DNA from: an uncultured Gemmatimonadota bacterium
GTDB taxonomy: Bacteria; Gemmatimonadota; Gemmatimonadetes; Palauibacterales; Palauibacteraceae
DNA length: 53,945 nucleotides
NCBI GenBank assembly: GCA_964550085.1
Contig: CAZJXR010000005.1
Coordinates: 1 to 53,945 of the forward strand
Reading direction: 5' to 3'
A model generated the notes under the pieces. That model was given only the letters and a program-made list of their open reading frames with translations, ran no database searches and was not told the DNA's origin. This document shows positions 28,427 through 38,242 of this stretch, piece by piece; positions within the stretch are counted from its first letter, which is position 1, and every line of letters begins with the position of its first letter. A program made the translations under genes and the position numbers.

Positions 28427-31037
28427 AGTCGACGAGCGCCGCGTGCGCGGCGGCGAGACGAGCGATCGGTACCCGGAACGGCGAGCAGGAGACGTAATCA
28501 ATTCCCAACCGCTCGCAGAACTCGACCGAGTCGGGATCGCCGCCGTGCTCCCCGCAGATGCCGATCTTGAGCGCCAGGTTGCCGCTTCGCCCCTCATCGA
28601 CTGCCACCTGCATCAGCCTTCCGACGCCTTTGCGGTCGATGGTCTGGAACGGGTTGGCGGGGTAGATCCCGGCCTCCAGATACGCGGGCAGGAAGCTGCC
28701 CGAATCGTCTCGGGAGACGCCGAGCGTGGTCTGGGTGAGGTCGTTGGTGCCGAACGAGAAGAACTGTGCGGCGGCGGCGATCTCCCGTGCCGCCAGGCAG
28801 GCGCGCGGAAGCTCGATCATCGTCCCGACGGTGTATGGCACCCGCTCGCCCGCTGAATCGAACACCTCCTCTGCCACGCGGTCGATGATGGCTCTCTGAT
28901 TCAGTAGTTCGCCGGCGTCCGCGACCAGAGGAACCATGATCTCCGGTTGCACGCCGATCCCCTCGCGCTTTACCTCCAGGGCCGCCTCCAAAATCGCGCG
29001 TACCTGCATCGCAGTGACCTCGGGATAGGTGAACCCGAGGCGACAGCCGCGGTGCCCGAGCATCGGGTTGGCCTCGGTCAATCGCCGGATGACCGAGCGA
29101 ACCTCATCCGTGTCGATCGCCATTGCGCGGGCCACGGCCTCGATATCCTCGTCTTCCTGCGGCAGGAACTCGTGCATGGGCGGATCGAGCAGGCGAATAG
29201 TGACCGGGAGATCGGACATAGCGCGGTATATCCCCTCGAAATCCGACCGTTGCAGCGGAAGCAGCTTGTCAGCCGCTCGCTGGCGCTCGGCGGCGTCCTT
29301 GGCCAGAATCAGCTCCCGCATCACGCCGATGCGGTCCTCCCCGAAAAACATGTGTTCCGTTCGACACAACCCGATGCCTTGCGCTCCGTTCTTGCGAGCC
29401 CGTTCCGCGTCGGGCGGAGTATCGGCGTTCGCCCGCACCCGGAGCCGACGGAACTCATCCGCCCACGCCATCAAGGTGTAAAAGTCGTCACCCAGCTTCG
29501 GCTCCACGGTCGGAACCTGGCCCGCCAGCACCCGGCCACGCGTGCCATCGACCGTGATCCACTCACCTTCCCGAATCGTGTTCTCGCCCACCCGGAACAA
29601 GCGCCGCGCTGCATCGACGGACAGATCCTTAGCGCCGACGACGCAGCATTTGCCCATCCCGCGCGCCACCACCGCCGCGTGGCTGGTGAGACCACCACGG
29701 GCGGTGACGATAGCAGCGGCGGCGACCATTCCCTCGAAGTCGTCGGGGGATGTCTCCCGGCGTACCAGGATGAGCCGCTCGCCCCGTGCCGCGCGCTCCA
29801 CAGCTTCATCGGCGCTGAACACCACCTTGCCCGCGGCGGCACCGGGAGAGGCGGGCAGGCCGACGGCGATGACCGTGCTGTCCGCATTCGGATCGACCAT
29901 TGGGTGAAGCAGCTGGTCGAGGGCCGCAGGATCGACACGACGAATGGCCGTTCGTCGATCGATCAACTCTTCCTCCACCATGTCGATCGCGATGCGCACC
30001 GCGGCCGGGACGGTACGTTTTCCGGTCCGGGTCTGAAGGAGGAACAGCACCCCGTCTTCGACCGTAAACTCGAGGTCCTGCATGTCCGTGTAGTGGCGCT
30101 CGAGGCGGTTGGCTGTATCCGAAAGCTGTTCGTACGCTTCGGGCATTCGCTTCTTCATCTCGTCGATGGAGAGCGGATCGCGGATGCCGGCCACCACGTC
30201 CTCGCCCTGTGCGTTGACGAGAAACTCGCCGTACAGACGCCGTTCCCCGGTGGTCGGATCGCGGGTGAACGCGACGCCGGTCCCGCTTCGCTCTCCGCGG
30301 TTCCCGTACACCATGGTAACGATGTTGACGGCGGTGCCGAGGTCGTGAGGGATGCCGTTTACCTTGCGGTAGGCGCGTGCGCGGTCGTTGTGCCAGCTGC
30401 GGAACACCGCTTCGATCGCTCCCCACAGCTGCGCTTCGGCTTCCTCGGGAAACGGTCTTCCGCTCCCATCGGTCACCAGCCTCTTGAACTCGGTCGTGAT
30501 CCGCTGCAAGCGGTCGGCCGGCAGCTTCGAATCCTGTTCCACCCCGGCTTCGCGCTTCACCGCCTCAAACACCTCGTCGAACGCGCCGTGATCGACTCCG
30601 CACACGACGCTGCCGTACATCTGCACGAAGCGGCGATAGCTGTCGTACGCGAAGCGCTCATCCCCCGAGGTCCGGGCCAGCGCCTGCACGGTGTGATCGT
30701 TGAGGCCGAGGTTCAGGATGCTGTCCATCATTCCCGGCATCGAAACGGCTGCTCCCGAGCGCACGGAGACGAGCAGCGGGACGTCGCCTCCAAACCGCTT
30801 GTTCGTCAGCTTCTCGAGCCTCCGGAGGTTGTCGGAGACTTCCTCGTGCAGCCCTTCAGGGAAGCGGTTGAGGCGCAGATAGTCCCGGCAGGCGCCGGTG
30901 GAGATGGTGAAGCCGGGAGGAACGGGAACGCCGAGTCGCGTCATCTCGGCCAGGTTGGCTCCTTTGCCGCCCAGAACGTCGCGCATGTCCCGGCTGCCGG
31001 CGGCGTCGCCGGCTCCGAAGAAGAAGACTCGCTGCAT
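28425..31037 (-). CDS. ppdK: Pyruvate, phosphate dikinase
   Basis: LGGKGANL, SVRSGA, SMPGMMD, GGLTSHAAVVAR phospho-His motif, GLCRTEHM, GTNDLTQ, GICGEHGG. Confidence 0.98.
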   Translation of the reverse strand: MQRVFFFGAGDAAGSRDMRDVLGGKGANLAEMTRLGVPVPPGFTISTGACRDYLRLNRFPEGLHEEVSDNLRRLEKLTNKRFGGDVPLLVSVRSGAAVSMPGMMDSILNLGLNDHTVQALARTSGDERFAYDSYRRFVQMYGSVVCGVDHGAFDEVFEAVKREAGVEQDSKLPADRLQRITTEFKRLVTDGSGRPFPEEAEAQLWGAIEAVFRSWHNDRARAYRKVNGIPHDLGTAVNIVTMVYGNRGERSGTGVAFTRDPTTGERRLYGEFLVNAQGEDVVAGIRDPLSIDEMKKRMPEAYEQLSDTANRLERHYTDMQDLEFTVEDGVLFLLQTRTGKRTVPAAVRIAIDMVEEELIDRRTAIRRVDPAALDQLLHPMVDPNADSTVIAVGLPASPGAAAGKVVFSADEAVERAARGERLILVRRETSPDDFEGMVAAAAIVTARGGLTSHAAVVARGMGKCCVVGAKDLSVDAARRLFRVGENTIREGEWITVDGTRGRVLAGQVPTVEPKLGDDFYTLMAWADEFRRLRVRANADTPPDAERARKNGAQGIGLCRTEHMFFGEDRIGVMRELILAKDAAERQRAADKLLPLQRSDFEGIYRAMSDLPVTIRLLDPPMHEFLPQEDEDIEAVARAMAIDTDEVRSVIRRLTEANPMLGHRGCRLGFTYPEVTAMQVRAILEAALEVKREGIGVQPEIMVPLVADAGELLNQRAIIDRVAEEVFDSAGERVPYTVGTMIELPRACLAAREIAAAAQFFSFGTNDLTQTTLGVSRDDSGSFLPAYLEAGIYPANPFQTIDRKGVGRLMQVAVDEGRSGNLALKIGICGEHGGDPDSVEFCERLGIDYVSCSPFRVPIARLAAAHAALVD

Positions 31038-32464
31038 TAGCAGCTGCAGCTCGTCGGCGCGTACCCCAGCTCGAGATCGACCAGCGGAGCCTGGTATTGG
31101 CCGGTCCAGCAGGCATCGCAGAACGGTCCCGTTTCGGCCACCGCTCCCATCATCCCTTCCAGCGACAGGTAGCCGAGCGAGTCCACACCGAGAAGAGTGC
31201 GGATCTCGTCCACGCTGTGGTTGGCACCGATCAGTTCCTCCTTCGTCGGCATGTCGACCCCATAGTAGCAGGGGAAACGAATCGGGGGCGAGGCGACGCG
31301 GAAATGGATCTCGCGTGCGCCCGTCTCACGCAGCATCCGCACCAGCCCGCTGCTGGTGGTGCCTCGTACGAGGGAGTCATCCACCACCACCACCCGGCGG
31401 CCTCGGATCGCCTCGGCAACCGGGTTGTACTTCACCCGCACCTTGAAGTCGCGGCCGGACTGGGTCGGGTGGATGAAGGTGCGGCCCACGTAGTGGTTCC
31501 GGATGAGGGCGAGCTCGAACGGGATTCCCGACTCTTCGGCGTAGCCGAGGGCGGCCGAGTTCGACGAATCGGGCACCGAAAAGACACAGTCCGCCTCGGC
31601 CGGGTGCTCGCGCGCGAGCTGCCGGCCGAAGGCACGCCGGGCCGCGTCCACGCTGACGCCCCACACGGTCGAATCCGGCCGCGAGAAATACACCAGCTCG
31701 AACATGCACGGCGCGGGTGTCGCCGGCTCGAGCCAACCGGCCGCCTCGACGACGCCGTGCTTGATTCGCACGATCTCACCGGGCGCGATGTCGCGCACGA
31801 AATCGGCGCCGATGATATCGAGGCCGCAGGTCTCGGACGAGAGGATCGCCGAGTCTCCGAGACGTCCCAGCACGAGCGGGCGAAAACCGCGCGGATCCCG
31901 CGCCGCGTACAACGTATCGTCGGCGGCCAGGACGAGAGCAAACGCTCCGGTGATTCGCGACAGCGCTTCCAGGATCCGCTCCGCCTCGTCGGCGCTCGAA
32001 GAGCGCGCGATCAGGTGGATGACGACCTCCGAGTCGCTGTCTGTCTGAAAGATCGCGCCGGCCTCCGTCAGTTCGTCGCGCAGGGTGGACGCGTTGGTGA
32101 AGTTGCCATTATGGGCCAGAGCCAGAGCGCCGTGGCGGTAGTTGACCAGCACGGGCTGAGCATTGCGCAGGTCCGATGCTCCGGCCGTCGAGTAGCGCAC
32201 GTGCCCGATCGCGGTGTCCCCCGTAAGCCTTTCGATCGTCTCGTCCTCGAACACTTCGCTGACCAGACCCATGCCACGGTGTGAACGGGTGTGTCGGTCG
32301 CGGTCGATGGCCACCAGGCCCGCTGACTCCTGCCCGCGGTGCTGAAGCGCGTACAGACCCAGGAAGGTGAGTCTCGCCGCGTTGCTGGAGCCACTCACGG
32401 CGAACACACCACACTCCTCGCGGAGCCGTTCGGGTCGGGGATGGAGGGGAAGCTGTCGTCTCAT
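31037..32464 (-). CDS. purF: Amidophosphoribosyltransferase (Fe-S type, with propeptide)
   Basis: REE|CGVF N-terminal nucleophile, LQHRGQE, GHVRYST, VDDSLVRGTT PRT motif, Fe-S cysteines in CMFE/CYYG/CDAC. Alternative ATG at 32521. Confidence 0.97.
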   Translation of the reverse strand: MRRQLPLHPRPERLREECGVFAVSGSSNAARLTFLGLYALQHRGQESAGLVAIDRDRHTRSHRGMGLVSEVFEDETIERLTGDTAIGHVRYSTAGASDLRNAQPVLVNYRHGALALAHNGNFTNASTLRDELTEAGAIFQTDSDSEVVIHLIARSSSADEAERILEALSRITGAFALVLAADDTLYAARDPRGFRPLVLGRLGDSAILSSETCGLDIIGADFVRDIAPGEIVRIKHGVVEAAGWLEPATPAPCMFELVYFSRPDSTVWGVSVDAARRAFGRQLAREHPAEADCVFSVPDSSNSAALGYAEESGIPFELALIRNHYVGRTFIHPTQSGRDFKVRVKYNPVAEAIRGRRVVVVDDSLVRGTTSSGLVRMLRETGAREIHFRVASPPIRFPCYYGVDMPTKEELIGANHSVDEIRTLLGVDSLGYLSLEGMMGAVAETGPFCDACWTGQYQAPLVDLELGYAPTSCSC

Positions 32465-32522
32465 GTGTGCATCTTTCCGATGCCGCCCAGAGCGAAGAGG
32501 TTCGCGCTCTGACGACGGCATG

Positions 32523-34808
32523 TCAGGCCGTGAGGCCGGCCTCGCCTCGCATTCGGCGCGGCAGGGCGGCCTCGTACACCTGTGCCAGCCGGCGTGGATC
32601 CGCCTCGATCGAAACACCTCCGGCACGAAGCGTGAACGGCTCTCCGCTCGCTCGAACGGTGCCGATGCGCCGGGCGGCCACACCGGAGGCGTCGGCGAGC
32701 GCCAGAATCGAGTCCACTGCCTCCGGCGTGCAGCTCAGAATCACGCGCGATTGTGACTCGCCGAACAGGGCCGCGGCCGCGGCGACATCGACATCGATGC
32801 TCGCCTCCACGCCGAGCGGACCGCCGGTCGCGAGGATGGCACATTCCGCCAGCGCCACCGCGAGGCCACCCTCGGAGCAATCGTGGGCCGACAGGGTGAG
32901 CCCGCGATCGTTCGCCGCCAGCAGAAACTCCACCAGTCGGGCGGCCTCGCCCACATCGAGCGCCGGCGGCGGCCCCGCCACCACGCCGTGGCAGGCTGCC
33001 AGGTACTCGCTCCCTCCGAGTTCGTTGCGCGTCCGACCGATGAGAACGACCGCGGTCCCCGGACGCTGAAAATAGGCCGGCACTCTGCGGTCGATCGAGT
33101 CGAGGATGCCGAGCATGCCGATCACCGGGGTCGGATAGACGGGACCGGACGGCGTCTCGTTGTAGAGAGATACGTTGCCCCCCGTGACCGGCGTGCCGAG
33201 CGCCCGGCACGCCTCTCCGATCCCGGCCACCGCCTCCCGTAGCTGGTAGTACACCGCAGGCCCGAGCGGATTCCCGAAATTCAGACAGTTGGTGATCGCC
33301 AGCGGACGGGCCCCGACGCACGCCACGTTGCGGGCCGCCTCGGCGACGGCGATTCGCGCGCCGGTGCGCGGCTCCAGAAAAACGTATCGGCCGTTGCCGT
33401 CCACCGCCGCGGCGATGGCGCGGGATGTATCGTCCAAGCGCAGCACGGCCGCGTCTCCGCCCGGACCGACCGCGGTGTTCGTCCGCACGCTGGTGTCGTA
33501 CTGTTCGTAGATCCAGCGCCGTGAGGCGATGGTGGGCGTGTCGAGCAGCGTGAGCAGCGCTCGCGTCGCCATTTCATCGTCATCGAGCCGCTCGTAAGGC
33601 GTCAGGTCCGCCGCGCGCCGGGAGACTGCTTCCGGGTCCTCGACCCCTTCCCGCGTGTACGTCGGGCACCCGTCGATGAGCGGCCGGACAGGGATCTCCG
33701 CCACGACCTGGTCCCCTTCCCGCACGCGAAACATGCCGTCGCCGGTCACCCGACCGATGGTCACTGCTTGCAGGTCCCACTTGTCGAGAACGGCCATCAC
33801 CTCCTCCTCCGCATCCGGCCGCGCCACGACCAGCATGCGCTCCTGCGATTCCGAGAGGAGGATTTCGTACGGTGTCATGCCGCTCTCGCGGGTCGGGACG
33901 CGGGCCACGTCGAGCTCGATTCCGGTGTCGGCTCGTGCCGCCATCTCCGTCGCGCTGGAGGTGAGACCGGCCGCACCCATGTCCTGGATCCCGACCAGCA
34001 GGCCGCGCTCGATCAACTCGAGGCTGGCCTCGAGCAGCAGCTTCTCGGTGAACGGATCGCCCACCTGCACTTGCGGACGTCGGTCAAGCGCCGCGTCGTC
34101 GAGTTCCGCCGATGCGAAGGTCGCGCCATGGATGCCGTCTCGTCCGGTGCGGGCGCCTACCGCCATCACCGCATTGCCCTCGCCCTCGGCCGTCCCTCGC
34201 GTGAGCGACTCGGCGCGCAGAGTGCCTATGCACATCACGTTGACCAGGGGGTTCCTCTCGTACACCGGATCGAACACTGTCTCGCCCCCGACGGTCGGGA
34301 TTCCCACGCAGTTTCCGTAGTCCCCGACTCCTCGCACGACACCGTCGAGCAGGTAGCGCGAGCGGGGTGAGTCGAGCGTCCCGAATCGCAGGCTGTCGAG
34401 CACAGCAATCGGGCGGGCGCCCATGGTGAACACATCGCGCAGAATGCCGCCGACCCCGGTCGCCGCCCCCTGGTACGGCTCGACGGCGGAGGGGTGGTTG
34501 TGCGACTCCATCTTGAAGGCGACCGCCCAGCCCTTTCCTGCGTCGATCACCCCCGCGTTCTCTCCTGGGCCCTGGAGCACCTGGGGCCCCTCGGTTGGCA
34601 GGGTGCGCAGCAGCGGTTTGGAGTTCTTGTAGCCGCAGTGCTCCGACCACATGGCGCTGAACACCCCGAGCTCGGCGATCGTCGGCTGGCGACCGAGGAT
34701 GACGAGGATCTGTTCGTACTCTTCGGCCGACAGCCCGTGCTGTTCGACCAGCTCGCGGGTGATCTCCACCGGCGGCTCGGCGACCGTCGTTCCTGCGTCG
34801 TTGCGCAT
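32523..34808 (-). CDS. purL: Phosphoribosylformylglycinamidine synthase subunit PurL (small type)
   Basis: [50 protein letters not shown] at 34808 overlaps the purQ TGA. Confidence 0.98.
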   Translation of the reverse strand: MRNDAGTTVAEPPVEITRELVEQHGLSAEEYEQILVILGRQPTIAELGVFSAMWSEHCGYKNSKPLLRTLPTEGPQVLQGPGENAGVIDAGKGWAVAFKMESHNHPSAVEPYQGAATGVGGILRDVFTMGARPIAVLDSLRFGTLDSPRSRYLLDGVVRGVGDYGNCVGIPTVGGETVFDPVYERNPLVNVMCIGTLRAESLTRGTAEGEGNAVMAVGARTGRDGIHGATFASAELDDAALDRRPQVQVGDPFTEKLLLEASLELIERGLLVGIQDMGAAGLTSSATEMAARADTGIELDVARVPTRESGMTPYEILLSESQERMLVVARPDAEEEVMAVLDKWDLQAVTIGRVTGDGMFRVREGDQVVAEIPVRPLIDGCPTYTREGVEDPEAVSRRAADLTPYERLDDDEMATRALLTLLDTPTIASRRWIYEQYDTSVRTNTAVGPGGDAAVLRLDDTSRAIAAAVDGNGRYVFLEPRTGARIAVAEAARNVACVGARPLAITNCLNFGNPLGPAVYYQLREAVAGIGEACRALGTPVTGGNVSLYNETPSGPVYPTPVIGMLGILDSIDRRVPAYFQRPGTAVVLIGRTRNELGGSEYLAACHGVVAGPPPALDVGEAARLVEFLLAANDRGLTLSAHDCSEGGLAVALAECAILATGGPLGVEASIDVDVAAAAALFGESQSRVILSCTPEAVDSILALADASGVAARRIGTVRASGEPFTLRAGGVSIEADPRRLAQVYEAALPRRMRGEAGLTA

Positions 34809-35506
34809 CAACCTGCCTGCACAGTCGCTCCCATCGCGGAGCGAAACACGCCCAGGCCATCCGTCGAGCCGAGCATGTCGGCCACCGCACGCTCGGGATG
34901 CGGCATCAGGCCGACCACGTTGCGCTCCCGATTGCAGATTCCCGCGATGTTGTTGGCGGACCCGTTCGGATTTGCCTCGGCCGTGACCGCGCCGCCCTCG
35001 CTCACGTAGCGGAACACGACCCGGCTCTCATCTTCCAGCTCGTCGAGCGCGCCCGAATCGGCCACATACTGGCCTTCGCCGTGCGCGATCGGCATGGCGA
35101 GAATCTGTCCCGGCGTGTAGGCGGAAGTGAAGGGCGTATCGGTGGACTCGACCCCCACGTACACGCGGTGGCAGTGAAAGCGCAGGTCACGATTCCGGAC
35201 CAGCGCGCCCGGCAGCAAGCGCGCCTCGCACAGCACCTGAAAGCCGTTGCAGATGCCGAGCACCGGTCCGCCCTCGCGGGCGAAGGCGATCACCTCGCGC
35301 ATGATCGGGCTGAAGCGCGCGATCGCCCCGGCCCGCAGGTAGTCACCGTACGAGAATCCTCCCGGCAGAATGATCACATCCGCCCCCCGGAGGTCGTGCG
35401 ATTTGTGCCACAAGAACTCCGCCTCGCCCGACAGCCGCTCGCCCACCGCCCGGTGACAATCCTCGTCACAGTTGGAACCGGGGAAGCGCACGATCCCGAT
35501 CTTCAT
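34808..35506 (-). CDS. purQ: FGAM synthase glutaminase subunit PurQ
   Basis: [41 protein letters not shown] overlap with purS. Confidence 0.98.
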   Translation of the reverse strand: MKIGIVRFPGSNCDEDCHRAVGERLSGEAEFLWHKSHDLRGADVIILPGGFSYGDYLRAGAIARFSPIMREVIAFAREGGPVLGICNGFQVLCEARLLPGALVRNRDLRFHCHRVYVGVESTDTPFTSAYTPGQILAMPIAHGEGQYVADSGALDELEDESRVVFRYVSEGGAVTAEANPNGSANNIAGICNRERNVVGLMPHPERAVADMLGSTDGLGVFRSAMGATVQAG

Positions 35507-35778
35507 GCGATCTCCGCCTCCCGACTGGCCGGCTCGATCGCGATCGCGTAGTCCTCGATTACCGGATTGGCGATCAACTCCTCGCACATTCTGGTCGCTG
35601 TCGCGCGCGCGTCCTTCTCGTTCGCCGCTTCGAGCTCGAAACGGATCAGCCGACCCGCGTGAACCCGCGCTACGCCTGCGTACCCGAGATCGCGCAGCGC
35701 GCGTTCGATCGTCGCCCCTTCCGGGTCGAGGATGCCGCTGCGCGGCGTGATCCGGACCTCCACTGCAAAGACGCGAAT
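35503..35778 (-). CDS. purS: FGAM synthase subunit PurS (probable ATT start at 35778; first canonical start is GTG at 35763)
   Basis: [21 protein letters not shown] strong SD, GAGGAGGT, lies 4 nt before the in-frame ATT. Confidence 0.93.
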   Translation of the reverse strand: MRVFAVEVRITPRSGILDPEGATIERALRDLGYAGVARVHAGRLIRFELEAANEKDARATATRMCEELIANPVIEDYAIAIEPASREAEIA

Positions 35779-35801
35779 CGGTACCTCCTCTGGTGGTCTG
35801 T

Positions 35802-36716
35802 TCAGAAGTGCGGCAGCTCGCTGCCGGTGATGCGCCGGTACGCTTCCAGGTATCGCTCGCTGGTGGCCTGGACGACCTCGTCGGGCAGGTCGGGGGCCGG
35901 AGGCAACCGGTCCCAGACACCCGACTGCACGAGGCCTTCCAGGTAGTCGCGCACCGGCTGCTTGTCCAGCGAGGGCTGGCTTCGTCCCGGCGCGTACTCG
36001 GACTCGGGCCAGAAGCGGGAAGAATCCGGCGTCAGAGCTTCATCGATGAGCAGGATCTCGCCCGATCCGGCTCCCCCGAACTCGAACTTCGTGTCCGCTA
36101 TGATGATACCCCGCTGTCGCGCAAAGTCCCGCGCGAACGTGTACAGCTCGAGGCTGTACCCTCGAAGCAGATCGGCGACCTTCAGTCCGACCAACCGCTT
36201 CATGTGCTCGAACCGGATGTTCTCGTCGTGTCCCTCCGCCGCCTTGGTCGCCGGCGAAAACAGAGGCTCGAGCAGCGCCTCGGACTCGACCAGTCCCTCG
36301 GGCATCGACTCGCCGGCCAGGGTGCCTGAGTCACGGTACTCCTTCCACATCGAGCCGGCGAGGTAGCCACGCACGACGCATTCCACCGGAAAGGGCTCGG
36401 TCCTGCGAACCAGCATGCCGCGACCCGCCCACACGTTCCGGGTGTCGGCCAACTCCGGCACCTCGACCACGATCGTGTCGGGATCCGCGCTCACCACGTG
36501 GTTCTGCACGATTCTTCTCGTGCGCTCGAACCAGAACCGCGACAGCTGGGTCAGGACGGTTCCCTTGTACGGAATCGGCTGCGGCAGGACGCAGTCGAAG
36601 GCGCTGATCCGGTCGCTGGCGACCATCAGGATCCGGTCGCCCACATCGTACATCTCCCGTACCTTCCCGCGCCGAAGCAGCGGAAGGGGAAGGGCGCTCT
36701 CCCGCAGGGTCTTCAT
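35802..36716 (-). CDS. purC: SAICAR synthetase
   Basis: [46 protein letters not shown]. Confidence 0.98.
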   Translation of the reverse strand: MKTLRESALPLPLLRRGKVREMYDVGDRILMVASDRISAFDCVLPQPIPYKGTVLTQLSRFWFERTRRIVQNHVVSADPDTIVVEVPELADTRNVWAGRGMLVRRTEPFPVECVVRGYLAGSMWKEYRDSGTLAGESMPEGLVESEALLEPLFSPATKAAEGHDENIRFEHMKRLVGLKVADLLRGYSLELYTFARDFARQRGIIIADTKFEFGGAGSGEILLIDEALTPDSSRFWPESEYAPGRSQPSLDKQPVRDYLEGLVQSGVWDRLPPAPDLPDEVVQATSERYLEAYRRITGSELPHF

Positions 36717-38152
36717 ACGCGGATCTCTTCCGTGTCGATGACGTCGGCGACCCGTTCGGCGAGCATCGGATCGACCACCTCCTCCAGATATCTGTCCACC
36801 TGCTCGGGAGCTCGACCGATCAGCCGCTTCGGAGCGACGAGCTGCTCGAGCCGTTTCGCGTCGAGGCCGATCTCGTCGTCCTCTGCCACCCGGTGTAGAA
36901 AGTCGTTGTCCGGCGCTCCCTCATCGAGCCGATCGCGGGCCGCCATCGCGTGTCGCCGGATGCGCTCGTGCAGAGTCTGCCGGTCGCCGCCCCCCCGCAC
37001 CCCGGCGATGAGGATGTCCTCGGTGGCCAGGAAGGGAAGCTCGCGCCGCAGGCGATTCTCGATCACGCGTGGATGAAGCACCAGGCCACGCACGACGTTG
37101 AGGACGAGCTGAAGGATCGCGTCGGCCGCCAGGTACGCCTCCGGGATGGCGACGCGCCGCACGGCCGAATCGTCCAGGGTCCGCTCGAGCGATTGGACCG
37201 ACGCCGTCCATGCCGCATCGAGCTCCAGCGCGCACAGGTGTCGGGCCAGGCTGCAGATGCGCTCCGAGCGCATCGGGTTCCGCTTGTACGGCATGGCGGA
37301 AGAGCCGATCTGACGCTCGCCGAACGGTTCCTCCAGTTCGCCAAAGCTCTGCAGCAGCCGAACGTCGTAGCCGAAGCGTGCCGCGCTGGCGCCTACCCCG
37401 GAGAGCGCCGCCAGGCACGCCTGATCGACCTTGCGGGGGTACGTCTGTCCCACCACCGGGTAGACGCCGGAAAAGCAGAACCGTCCCGCCAGGCGCGCGT
37501 TTAGCCGCTCCACCTTGGCGCCGTCACCGTCGAACAGCTCCAGAAAGGTCGCCTCGGTTCCCGTGGTGCCACGGGCTCCGCGCAGACGGAGGGCGGCCGA
37601 GACTGTTTCCACCGCCTCGACATCGGCAACGAAATCCTGCAGCCACAGGGTGGCGCGCTTTCCGACCGTGGTCGGCTGCGCGGGTTGAAGGTGTGTGTAT
37701 CCGAGCGTCGGAAGGGCGCGGTGCTTGTGCGCGAAATCCCGCAGCGCCCGCACCACACCGAGCAACCGCCGACGCACCAGCGCGAGGGCGTCCCGGTGTT
37801 GGATGAGTGCGGTGTTGTCGGCCACGAAGGCGCTCGTCGCCCCGAGGTGGATGAAGCCCCGCGCCGCCGGCGCCACCTCCCCGAAGTGCATCACGTGCGA
37901 CATCACGTCGTGTCGCAGCTCGCGCTCGTGTTCCGCCACTCGCGCCAGGTCGATGGAGTCGCGTGCCGCCCGCATCGCATCCACGGCCTCGGCTGGGATG
38001 TCGACGCCAAGCTCCCGCTCCGTTTCGGCGAGGGCGATCCACAAATCACGCCACACGCGGGCCTGATGGTGAGGAGAAAAAATCTCCGCCATCTCCGCCG
38101 ACGCGTACCGGTCGGTGAGAGGATTCGCGTATTGTCTGTTTTTGGTTGCCAA
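36713..38152 (-). CDS. purB: Adenylosuccinate lyase
   Basis: HDVMSHV, HLGATS, GYTHLQPAQPTTVGKR, GSSAMPYKRNP signature. TTG start. Confidence 0.97.
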   Translation of the reverse strand: MATKNRQYANPLTDRYASAEMAEIFSPHHQARVWRDLWIALAETERELGVDIPAEAVDAMRAARDSIDLARVAEHERELRHDVMSHVMHFGEVAPAARGFIHLGATSAFVADNTALIQHRDALALVRRRLLGVVRALRDFAHKHRALPTLGYTHLQPAQPTTVGKRATLWLQDFVADVEAVETVSAALRLRGARGTTGTEATFLELFDGDGAKVERLNARLAGRFCFSGVYPVVGQTYPRKVDQACLAALSGVGASAARFGYDVRLLQSFGELEEPFGERQIGSSAMPYKRNPMRSERICSLARHLCALELDAAWTASVQSLERTLDDSAVRRVAIPEAYLAADAILQLVLNVVRGLVLHPRVIENRLRRELPFLATEDILIAGVRGGGDRQTLHERIRRHAMAARDRLDEGAPDNDFLHRVAEDDEIGLDAKRLEQLVAPKRLIGRAPEQVDRYLEEVVDPMLAERVADVIDTEEIRV

Positions 38153-38242
38153 GTCTGCCGGGCGGCCCGTTATCAGTCGGGCGGTGTTTCGGCCGTTCGT
38201 CTCGCTAGCCGTGTATGCGCGAGCGACGGTCGAGCGCTCCTC

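Noticed and set aside
38153-38242. ZTP or purine riboswitch upstream of purB
   Set aside because: Only short hairpins and a GCCGCCCGGC stretch. The GACUGGCG core of the ZTP motif and the purine aptamer junctions are absent.
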